The notes under the pieces: model-generated
What the model saw: the letters and a program-made list of their open reading frames with translations, nothing else
Told to the model about the DNA's origin: nothing
Databases searched by the model: none
Position numbers and translations under genes: made by a program
Assembly: GCA_013239625.1 (NCBI GenBank)
Contig: MU054323.1
Location: forward strand, 4,318,214 to 4,382,213
DNA: 64,000 nt
Direction of reading: 5' to 3'
From: Lama guanicoe
Taxonomy: Eukaryota
Shown: piece after piece, positions 1-10,220 of the stretch
Numbering within the stretch: the first letter of the stretch is position 1
Layout: every line of letters starts with the position of its first letter

Positions 1-305
1 AAAGTGATTCAAAGAATCCACATTGGAAATAGATATATGCTTATGATAAGTCAAATATAAAAAGCCCCCCAAAACAGCAACTATGATATGATCCCATTGA
101 CAAATAATACAGCTCCATACACTTGGCACATGAAGGAAAGATATGCTGTAACCTTTTCGGAGGGGCTCTAAGTGGTGAGAGGATAATAGGTGGATTTTAA
201 CTGTATTCTCTCTACCTTTATTTTATATGTATTAATTTTTCTATGTATTTCTGACAGATACTTCGACATTGCCTTTTATTTTCAGAAAAAAATAATAAAA
301 CAAAT
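1..305 (+). mobile_element. Ancient LINE-1 3' end fragment (L1ME-like)
   Basis: Degenerate L1M 3'UTR-like sequence (tatgatcccatt...ggtgagaggataataggtggatttt...) ending in an A-rich tail near 285-305. Recognised from memory. Confidence 0.5.
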
Positions 306-359
306 TTATTTCCATAAAAATAGGTGAGAAAACAAAACACGCCCTATTTTTAGGGCCAA

Positions 360-2260
360 CACTTTTACTTTATACCTTGTTTAAAAGGAAACAATACGCC
401 ACAGACAGAGAATGGTACAAAATAAGAAGTAAAGGCCTTGTTGCCTCCCTAACTTGAGCTCCCTTATCCAAAGGTAATTATGGGTAAGTTTCTTGTGTAG
501 TTTTAAAAATTTTACACACACATCTGTACACACAGACACACACCCACTCCACTACAAAATTCCACCCACCACAAAATTCCCATACGTAGGAGTCATGTGA
601 TCACCGCTCTTCCCAACACTCTTTTAATACGTCTGGGTGATCTTGTCCCATTTTGACATACATGAGTATCCTCCTTCTTTACTATTGCATGTCCTTCTGC
701 TATACATGTCACACAATTTAACCAGCACATAATTAATGAGCATTTAGATTGCTTAGAGATATTTTTACCTTAAAATATATTTATAATGTATTTCAAGGAC
801 TGAAATTTCTGAGACAAAGAAAATTTCTCCTAAAATTGACATATATATTGCTAAAAAGTTCTTCAAAAATTTTTATAAAAATGAAACAGCATACACACTC
901 AGGAACTCTCTATGAGAACGTGTGTATATCTCTTTGTCAGAACTGATCGTCACTTTAAATAATAGACTTTTATCAAATTAGTGAGAAATGGTATCTTGTT
1001 TTGATATGTGTGGCTTTAATTGTGAGTGGACTTGACTACTCTTTTTCCATTTCTTCTTGGCCATCTGTCTCTCTCTTCCTATGAATATGTATGTAATTTC
1101 CCGATCTTTCTGTTGTCTTACATTCTTCATTGCTTGTTATGAAGCTCTTCGTATGTTAAAGGGGTTCTCTTCTTTGTTAATGTATATGAATTTGTTCAGT
1201 TCATTTTTTGAATCATATTTTTCCATAGAGAATTTATACATTTTTTAAAGTATTAATAGTTATCAGCATTTTCTTCCAAGGCTTCTCAGTGTCTTTATCC
1301 TGCTTAGAAATATTTTTAAGACTCTAGGGTTACAGTAATTATACATGTGCCCTCTTCTAGGATTGTATTGGTTTATTTTTTGATTGATATAAGGAATTAG
1401 GTGCTATAAAGCTTTTTCTTTTTATCTTTTTCCAAAGCATTAACTACATGTAATGTAATTTCTCATAAATTTGCTCCAGTATGTAAAATAGGACAAAATT
1501 GTTTTAATCATGATAATTTCATAATATGTTTTAATCTGTAGTTGGACTTCAGTCCTTTCATTACTATGCTTTCTCAGAATTTTCTGGGATAATATTTTAT
1601 ATATATATGTATATATTCTTCTAAAAAATCTTCAGCATTATTTGTCATGCTACTAAAAACATCCCATTACCATTTTAATTTGGACCATGTGCAAGCTGTA
1701 TATTCATTTGGGGGAAATTTATGTATTTTTTCATTATTGAGTCTTTTTATCGTGTTAGAACATGGCATGCAGCTAAGTCTTGTTTCATGTTACTCAGCAG
1801 TTTACATTTAGCTTCATATGGATCCTGTGAATTTCTCAAGTTAATTTTAAACTATCCCATTTTGGGGAGTGGCATTATAAGTTGAATCCTTTCTTCTGTT
1901 ATGTCTTCTGATTTTATATGTAAGAAAACTTAAAAAAATATTAATTATATATATTTTAGCATGTCCTTTTGGTTTTAATGGTTTTTATCTAGACTGTCTT
2001 GAGTTCTGAAAAATAGCATCTGCCTGTCATCCACAAGATAATAGAAATATTTCTTGATTTCAATCTTATACCTTCCCTGCTGTCTTTTTTTCCCCCTAAT
2101 TGCATTGGCTTGCCCTTGTTTAAACATCAGTATGGAAACAGTGGACAATCTTGCATTGTCTCTGACATTAGTGGTGACTCTTACGGTTGCCATTAAGTGT
2201 ATTTCTAGTTTTCAATTTTAGATATATATTCACTGTCTTAAGAAGTGTCTGTTTTTACTG
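360..2260 (-). mobile_element. Ancient LINE-1 (L1ME-like), antisense, 3'UTR plus ORF2 remnant
   Basis: T-rich strand with antisense L1 motifs: gagaaatggtatcttgttttg, ttggccatctgt, tatattcatttgggggaaatt, ctaattgcattggct, ggacaatcttgcattgtctctgac. Confidence 0.7.
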
Positions 2261-3999
2261 TGAATGTCTTACCTCAGGTTACAAGTGAGGTTTAAAATTC
2301 AATTCAAATTCTCTTTATCCAGAGGCCAGTGGGTGGCCCCCGAAAATTGCCATTCTAATATGACATGCTCACCAAATTCTAAATGGCTAATCCATACGTC
2401 TGTGGGTCACATATGCTCTCGGTCTCATCATGTTCTTGCTCCGACTTCAGCAGTCACATGGCAGCAGATGCAATTATATATAAGAGTGAAAGCTAATCCA
2501 GCGCTTTTTATTCCATGACTGGGGAGTAAAACATTTTAGGGCCCAAGTCTGGGCATTACACTGATAGTGGAAGGGGATCCAGCACGGAGTTTCTGCAGAG
2601 AATAGCCTTTCCAGCACATCCCCACTTCATCCTCCCTGCCAACATCACAGCAGGCTGCTCCCAGGAATAATTTCAAGGGTTACATACAGTTTTTAGAGTA
2701 TCTTGAGTTTTTTTTTTTTAACTTGTGAGAGTAAAACTTTAAAAAAGGTATAACCATATGTCCAGATTTGAAATCCATTTTCAGTAAGGAGTCAAGATCG
2801 TTGGCTATTATAATGATAGAACAGGCCAATTTCTGTGTTAGGTCATGGCTAAACTGAAAGTATGTGCAGTTCCCCCTGGATACAATTATTTCCTGTGTAG
2901 CCCTTTTAATAATGCCCACATTTTGTGCCAAATAAACTGATCAGCAGTAGCCCTGGGAGAAAAATCTCATCTATGCCAGGATGTCCTGCATGATCCTTAT
3001 TAACAAGTTCAAACTCAGAAGACGTACTAAAGTGATCACCTTCCTCCCAGCTCCGGGGGTTGGAGGGTGGCGGGCACTGAAGAGAGGTGAGTAGGGAGTA
3101 GAGATTTATAAAAACAACCACACGGAGACAGTGAAGTGCTTCATGGAGAAAAATCAAACTAGGTCCTTTTGTGGGCTCTTCATCGTCTAGATTGTACAGA
3201 GGTGAGCAGTGTGGTTGCTGATAAGTGCCAGATCACACTGTCTCTTCCCTGCTCTTCCAGTGGGTCCCTTATCCACAGGCCCTACCATGGGGATGCTCTC
3301 AGCACCATTGCCTTGTAGTCACTTGCTGCCCAGAGCTCGGTGGGACAGTCCTCACACATGGGACGTAAGGGAGGGGTATGGGACCTTCAGTATATCTGGG
3401 GCAGTTGTTGAGGGGAGACTTTATGTTAAAAAGTGTTCAGGACATCATGGCAACCCGTTAATCATAGGGCTAAATTGAGGTACCTTAGCTGACCTGCCCA
3501 ACAGGTGGGAGCTAAGCCTTATGTGATTGTCACATGACCCAGAGCTACATAAAGCAGGTGCAATAGTCAGATAATCAAGTTGCCACCTCTTCCCTCATCC
3601 CCTGGCTCATGTTTTAGGAACATTATTTTTCAAACAAAACATACCTGCTACGTCTAATACATAATAGGATAGGTAAAGGAAGAAATGCTCTGGTTGAAAG
3701 AGCCAAAGATTCGAAATTCCCCGTAAGGCTTTCCCTCGGATTGTTTCCCCAGTGTGCTTACACATGGTAAGCACATGACATCATTTGTTCACTGAATTAG
3801 TGAACTTGCAAATAAACTGAAAATTTTGTAAACATGTCAACACATCAACCAGCATGTGCTAAACTCTTATCAGGTTGATTACCGTGTTTTATGGGTATAC
3901 AGAAGTATGTTAGATACAGACAGGGTCCTCTGTGAGCTTTAGTTCAATTTCAAATAGTAATTATCATAACCCAAAGAATAAATGATAACTCAGTTATTT

Positions 4000-4140
4000 T
4001 TTCCATCAATGCTGTCATTCCACTTATACAAAGAGGCAAAGGAGGTTTGGAGAGGTGAAGTGGTTTGCCGAAGCCCTCACCTGGAAGCAGCAGAGCTGAG
4101 ACTTGAACCTGCATCTGTTTGATTTGCAAGCCTGAATTTA
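4000..4140 (-). mobile_element. MIR SINE fragment
   Basis: MIR core in antisense: gaggtttggagaggtgaagtggtttgccgaag...gagctgagacttgaacctgcatctg. Confidence 0.65.
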
Positions 4141-5309
4141 ATTACGTGTTTGGCGTTGCCAGTGTGTGGGGAGCACACGAGGTGCTGGTGGCATTGGTTT
4201 TGTTGGTAGTGAGCAGTTAAGAGAAGGCAGAGAGAGGTCCCGGCAGCACAGCCCCGGGCCCCCTGCTCGCACTGCCCGCGACACGCTGCTGATTGGCTTT
4301 TAGACATGGTTTCCCCTCAGTCAGAATTAGTCTCATTCCAATATTATTAAAGCAATAAATCACTCCTGGATTGGTTCTATAGGACTGTGGCCACTTCTAA
4401 CAATTTCTGGAGAAGACAGGAAGTTATCCCCTGGGCACTCATGGGGAGAGTCGGTGTTCCCTGGGTATGGTAGATCAGCTCACTTTCAACTGCTCATTAC
4501 TTCTGGTATAATTCTTCTCTGCAAAGCCTCCAACATCTCTGTCCCCATGGCTGTGACTTCAGTAAGATATGACTCTGTCAAGCAGCCTAGGGGAGGCATG
4601 GAGAGAAGAAAGATACACCAAGCCCTTCCACCTACGAGAGAGGTCTCTTGATAACAGACACATTGAACACCTCACTCGCAGGTCTTTTCGTCCTGGACCC
4701 TGGGGCCTTCATGGAGCCTTGAGGAAAGAGCAGCTCAAGGCCAGTCTCACCCGTATTACTCACCTGCAAACCCCCCCTTCAACAACCTCGTCTCGTGCAA
4801 ATGGCTTGCTCAGCATGAACTAGCTGGCTTCCAGATGCTTCCCTGATTTTCAAATCCTCATGTATTTGACACGTTTTTGTCTTGTCATATTTCCTTTCCT
4901 GCTGAGGTTAAGACGCTCTGGGCACACAGAAGTTGTGACATCTGGTAATGGACCGCTTGGGGTTCCAGACATGACTTGGCCTCCCACCATGCAGAAAAGC
5001 AGCAGCCAGGTCACCCCGAGCAGCCGCAGAGCAAGCCGCTGCCTCCTGAGAGCCAGGGAGATGGGGCAATCACTGGTGTTAAAAGAGTTCTTCTCTGTCT
5101 ACTTAAGCATCTGCAAACACAAACACACACCAGCACAGATAACACATCTGTGCACACGTGAACATATGTGTAGATGGGTGCATGTACACATATTCCCACA
5201 CATACATGTGTGCACTCATATATGCCTTCTCATAAAAGTAGGGGTAAAATATCACTTCGCACAGATACCGGAATTACCTTCCTAAGACACAGATTCAGCC
5301 ATGCTACTT

Positions 5310-5570
5310 GATGAGACTTAGCAATATTGTCAGTTTTGTTAGAAGTGGCGATGGTATTGTGGTTAGGCAGGAAATGTCCTTATCTTTGAAGATGCATACT
5401 GAGTATTTACTGCTAAAATATCATGACTAGAATTTACATTTAAGTATTACAGAAAAAAATACAGATTAAAGTAAATATGGCAGAAATTTTAAATTACGGA
5501 CTTAAATTGTTATCCTCTCTTAGTTTCTGTATGTTTCAATTTCTTGCTTAGAAAAGGTTAAAAAAAAAAA
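5310..5570 (+). mobile_element. LINE-1 3' end (L1MC-like)
   Basis: atggtattgtggttaggcaggaaatgtccttat...gatgcatactgagtattta...aaatatggcagaaattt followed by an A tail at about 5559-5570. Confidence 0.6.
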
Positions 5571-5611
5571 GTCTGAATCTGCTTGTACCATCTCCTCCCT
5601 GCCATGGTCCT

Positions 5612-5758
5612 GAACTTTGTGACTTAAAGAATGATCCTTAGACCAGCAGCTTTGGCATCACCTACGAGCTTAAAATGCAGAATCTTAGGCCTCACCCCAG
5701 ACCTACTGGAGCATAATGCGTGTTTTAACAAAATTCCCAGGTGATTTGTTTATGTACT
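5612..5758. mobile_element. MER5A-like hAT-Charlie MITE, interrupted by an MLT1A LTR
   Basis: agaccagcagc...ggcatcacct...aatgcagaatcttaggcctcaccccagacctactg...tgttttaacaaaattcccaggtgatt matches MER5A. A terminal-like gagcactgg reappears at about 6112-6120, after the LTR. Confidence 0.7.
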
Positions 5759-6115
5759 TGTTATGGATTGAATGTTTGTGTTCCCTCAAAATTCATATGT
5801 TGAATGAAGTCCTAACCCCACAATGTGATGGTATTTGGAAGGGAGGCATTTAGATTTAATGATATTATGAAGGTGGGGCCCCTATGATGGGATTCATGTC
5901 CTTGTAAGAAGAGAAAGGTTGCTCTCAGCTCGCTCTCTTCACCACGTGAAAACACAGTGAGAAGGTGGTCATCTATGAGTCAGGAAGAGTCCTTGTTGGG
6001 AAATCGTATCAGTTGACACCTTGACGCTGGACTCCCCAGTCTCCAGAACCATGAGAACTAAATCCCCGTCATTTAAGCCACCCAGTCTGTGGTACTTTGT
6101 TATGGCGGACTGAGC
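5759..6115 (+). mobile_element. MaLR solo LTR (MLT1A/MLT1A0-like)
   Basis: Starts tgttatggattgaatgtttgtgttccctcaaaattcatatgttgaa and ends tttaagccacccagtctgtggtactttgttatggc, typical of MLT1A. Confidence 0.85.
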
Positions 6116-6124
6116 ACTGGTCTG

Positions 6125-6635
6125 GAAAATGAAAGCCAAGCTCTGTCGTGGCGCACGAGGCCTTCCATGACAGCCTTTCCATCTCTTATCTAGCCTCGTC
6201 TCCTACGTGGGCTCTCTGGCAGCGATGGATAACGCGTACTGAGCGCTTGCTATGCACCAACTGTGATGTGAGCACTAGGCGGATCTGTAACAGGCTGCAC
6301 TTACACACCTGCAGTTTTGTGCAGCGCATTTCGTCTGCTTGGAAAGTCCTTCTCTTTGTGCTCACTTACCTAGCACTGGATTAAAGCAATACTAATCTAA
6401 GCTGTTAATCTATTATGCTTTCCTTGACCCTCTTGGCAGAAGTAGAACCTCCACATTTCCGTAGCATCCTGTGCTGATCCTTGATTAGAGACTTACTGTA
6501 GCACGTTGTTGCAGCCTGCTCTCATCCCTTTTCCACCTCAGACTGAGCTTCACAGAGTGAGGGTCTAAGTCTTATTTTCAATGTTTTGCCTAATACCAGG
6601 AACCTTATAGATAATCAGTGTTTGCTAAATAAATC
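6125..6635 (+). mobile_element. L2 LINE 3' fragment with a small embedded MIR/L2 piece
   Basis: agactgagcttcacagagtgagggtctaagtcttatt...gtgtttgctaaataaat is an L2-type 3' end. Confidence 0.55.
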
Positions 6636-6773
6636 AATAAAAAAATAAACCTGTACAGTATACACCTAAAAGCAGACCTAACCACCTAAATAGACAGGCA
6701 TACAAGTATGCAAGCATGTACATATGTAGCTTAGTTTTACTGTTAAAAAAGAAAAGAAAAAGGGGTAAGAGCA

Positions 6774-6791
6774 CATTGTTAGTATGCAAAT
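6774..6791 (+). promoter_or_regulatory. Sox-Oct composite motif with 3-bp spacer (candidate)
   Basis: CATTGTT (6774-6780) + agt + ATGCAAAT (6784-6791). Motif match only. Confidence 0.3.
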
Positions 6792-6869
6792 TAGCGCTAA
6801 TCCACTGATGTGAAACAGAGGAGGAGGCCGAGTACCTGGGCCCTGGCTCCCCATGGACCTCGGCCTCAA

Positions 6870-7045
6870 CTACAATGAGAATCTTCTTGGAAGGTTTTAA
6901 AAACACTGATACCTGGACCCTACTTAAGACAAAATAACCAGAATTCTCTGGAAGTAGGCTCCAGGAATTGGTATTTAAAAAACAAACAAACAAACAAAAA
7001 ACATTGCTGGTAACATTGATTTGAGACAGAGTTGATAACCTCTAC
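6870..7045. mobile_element. MER5-family hAT MITE remnant
   Basis: gaatcttcttggaaggttttaaaaacactgatacctgg...ccagaattctctggaagtaggctccaggaattggtattt resembles MER5A1/MER5B. Confidence 0.5.
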
Positions 7046-7243
7046 TCAACCTGCTGAAAGTCTCAATATTATGACTGATGAAAGTAATTCATATTTTTGT
7101 GTAACTAGTGAGATGAGAATTTTAATCCTCCAATTAACTTTGGGTATTAAACTTTGATACGTACATTCTTTATTTTAGTTTTCTGCTAAAATCGAGTTCT
7201 CTTCATGGTTGAAAGTAAGAATGCTTGACCTCTCTGGCTTGAG

Positions 7244-7310
7244 GTTCAGGAAGTGGACCCCTCATGTGTGGACCCCTCCATGTGAAGTTCAGGAAGTGGA
7301 CTCCCTATGT
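7244..7310. repeat. Imperfect local tandem triplication
   Basis: gttcaggaagtggacccctcatgt (7244-7267), gtggacccctccatgt (7268-7283), gttcaggaagtggactccctatgt (7287-7310). Confidence 0.8.
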
Positions 7311-7566
7311 CATCTTCATCTGTCTGTTGCCTGTGCTGCTCAGAGGTTTGGGGACCACTTAGCTGACCCTCTGAGTTTAACTCTTTGTCACTTTGTTTGC
7401 CAGACACCACAAACATCTTCTGGGAACCTGTGCATCTTTTCTGTCTCCTCGTCTACCTTAAGAGCCGTTTCTTGGATGTGGACCCTCCCTCTCTACCCCA
7501 AGCTATTTCTGTTGGTGATCTTGCCACAGCTGTGGTTTTACTGACCATCAGTGGCCAATGACTCTT

Positions 7567-8014
7567 TGTCTTAGTTTCTTGGGGCTGCTGTCACAAAGTG
7601 CCACAAACAGGTGGATAACACGTCAGCAGCTTATTCTTTCGCAGTTCTGGAGGCTAGAAGTCTGACATCAGGATGTCTATCAGGCTGTGCTGCCCGCTCC
7701 AGCCTCTAGTGGAGGACCCTTCTCTGCCTCTCTCAGCCCCTGGAGGCCTCAGGCCCTGCAGCTGCAACACTTTAATCTCTGCTCCACCATCACACAGTGC
7801 TCTCCCCTAGTGTATCTGTGTCTCTGTCTTTTCCTCTTCTCATAAGGGCATGGTGGTTTTGGACTAGGAGGCCACCCTGCTCCAGTATGACCTCATCCTA
7901 ATCACATCCGCCATGACCCAGCATGGTCACATTCTGACTTATGGTCACATTCTGAGGTGCTGGGGGTCAGGACTTCAACGCATCTTTTGGGAGGACACAG
8001 TTCCACCCATTACA
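7567..8014 (-). mobile_element. MaLR solo LTR (MLT1C/D-like) inserted in an L2
   Basis: tgtcttagtttcttggggctgctgtcacaaagtgccacaaac...gttctggaggctagaagtctg...ggtcacattctgaggtgctggggg...ggacacagttccacccattaca. It contains an internal duplication of ATGGTCACATTCTGA (7923-7937 and 7941-7955). Confidence 0.85.
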
Positions 8015-9035
8015 CCCCTAAATCTTAATTTCCCTCTTTCTGTACCTCTGAGTTCCAGGTCATCTGTTGGACATCTCCCCATGGGAGTCCACAAATACCT
8101 AAATCTGCAAGAAGAAGTAAGCTCATCATTTCCAATCACAGGATCTCTTCCACGGTTCCTTATTTCAGTAAATGGTACATCACTGAGCACCCAGGTGCAC
8201 AAACCAGATGTGTTGTCATCCTTGACATCATTGTCTTTTTAATGCACCCGTTCAGAAAATAAGTCAAAGAGCCTAGCGCTTAAATATCTCTCAAATATCC
8301 TCCCTTCTCCTCTTGTCCCCATGCCAACAGCCACTGCCTCGTCTTACCTAACAGTGTCTCTAGCTGGGACTGTTGTAATAATTCCCCATGACTCCCACAT
8401 CTGGTGTTTTCCCTACCAATCAATTCCCCATAACATATATGGAGAAGCTTTTAAATCAGATTTTATTATGCAAGTTACCTTGTAAAATCCTTAGCTGTTT
8501 CCCATTTCCACGGCATCAATTTCAGAATCCCCTCCCGTGGCCTTAGGTGGCCCGAATAGTTCAGCCCCGCTTTGTCATTCCAGCCTTACATCTCATCCCT
8601 CCGCCCCTCATTCTCCACACTCCAGCCACACTGGCCTTCTTGCAGGTCTTGGAAAGTGAATGACCTTTCCACATAGTTTAGTTTCCTGAACGGTTCCCTC
8701 CCCTCCCCTTCTTTCCCCCGACGCTCGCCTCTTCAGCCTTTAGATCTCAGATGAAACTTCGTCTTCTCCAAGCAGCTCTTCCTGACTGTTCAGTCCAGGT
8801 CAGGTCCTCTGTGAAATGCGCTCATGGAGTTCTCTACTGTTCTTTGATGGTGTGTACGGTAACTGTAATGAAATACTCAATTATACAATCAGTCTGCAAC
8901 CCATTTCTCCCACTGAAATGCAATCTCCAAGAAGCACGGGGCAGGGACTGTGTTACCTTCACTGCTGTCGTTTTTAGTGCCAAGATCAGTGTCCGAACAC
9001 AGTCGATAATCACAACATCTTTGCTAAATGAATAA
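8015..9035 (+). mobile_element. L2 LINE 3' portion
   Basis: ctgttggacatctcccc, ctccagccacactggccttcttgcagg, cccactgaaatgcaatctccaagaagcacggggcagggactgtg, and terminal ttgctaaatgaata. The element appears to continue left of the LTR (about 7490-7566). Confidence 0.75.
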
Positions 9036-9639
9036 GAGGCAAGGCATCTTGTGGTTTTGCTCACAGGTATATCCCTGCTGTCTTGCATAGCCCCTTGCAA
9101 ATGGCAGACACTTCATAAATATCATTTGAATAAAATGGTGGGTTAGCCCTTTCCTCATCCACAGTATTGGAACACATATCTCTGGGGCAGCCAGGTGCAG
9201 CCACTCCAGGGAGGACACCGTACGAGGCGATCAGTGAATGGCAAACAGGAGCACCGCTCTTTATGAATATTCTGAATTCCGATGCCTCTGCTCGTTTCAC
9301 ATTACACGTTCACCCCCCCACCGTAGCTCGGGACTCATTCTGACACCTTCCATCGAGCTGGCACAAGCAAGGACAGGGTCTCCCGAGGTCTCTCTTCCTC
9401 ACGTCAGGCCTCTGTAGGGAACACAGCAGGCAGGGGCTTCTGGGGGCAAGGCTCACACACCCAGTGTCACGCTCTGCCCTTGGAGGAAAGCTTGCGGTGA
9501 ATACTCAGGCATATTAGCCGTAAAAACTTGTACTTTGTTGTCAACGCAGGTGCGGGTTACCTGAAACTAGGTATATCACGGAGTGAGACAGACACAGCCA
9601 TATGCATTGAGCACCAGCGCCACCAGGTCTGTGGCTGCT

Positions 9640-9790
9640 GGTTTCTCAGTGCGCAAAGCACGTTCACACGCCTCCTCGCCACTGATCCCTACAACAAATC
9701 TGTGGTAAGCGTTACTATCTTCCCGTTTTTATGTTCCCAGGATTAAGTCTCAGTGTAAGGCAACTGGCGTGGTGTCTGGACTAACGTAAG
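9640..9790 (-). mobile_element. MIR SINE fragment, GC-shifted
   Basis: caaagcacgttcacacgcc...tgatccctacaacaaatctgtggtaagcgttactatcttcccgttttta follows antisense MIR. Confidence 0.6.
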
Positions 9791-9979
9791 ACATAATGCA
9801 AGTAGCAAAGCTGGACACCTGACCACCAGGCCTTCTCCCACTGCCTTCCATGCGGGTGGGGGGCACAGGTGGGTGCGCGTGGCTTAATGTTCTGCGTGTC
9901 ACTTCCTCCTGAAAGGGGGGCGCCCTGTGCCTGCCTCCAGGAGTCCCTCCAAATATGTCCCATCCATACTGGGGAAACC

Positions 9980-10220
9980 TGTTTGAGCACATTTAAGTCA
10001 AGCACTTTCCTAAGTACTCCATACCTATGGTTGCATTTGATCCTCACAACATAAATTTGAAGTATGAACTATTGTGTCCTCCATTACAGCTGAGGAAACT
10101 GGGAACCAGGGAAATTAAGTAACATTCCCAAACCTACATGATAAGTTCTAGAGGCAGGTGTCATACCCAGGCAGTCTGATTCCAGAGCCCGGACACTTAA
10201 CCGTAGGGAACACTGCCTTC
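9980..10220 (-). mobile_element. MIR SINE, near full length
   Basis: catttgatcctcacaac...ccattacagctgaggaaactggg...aagtaacattcccaa...acccaggcagtctgattccagagcccggacacttaacc. Confidence 0.8.

Noticed and set aside
4860..5285. 141-aa plus-strand ORF
   Set aside because: Its C-terminal half is translated CA/TG-rich low-complexity sequence (His/Thr/Cys-rich) and no homology was recognised.
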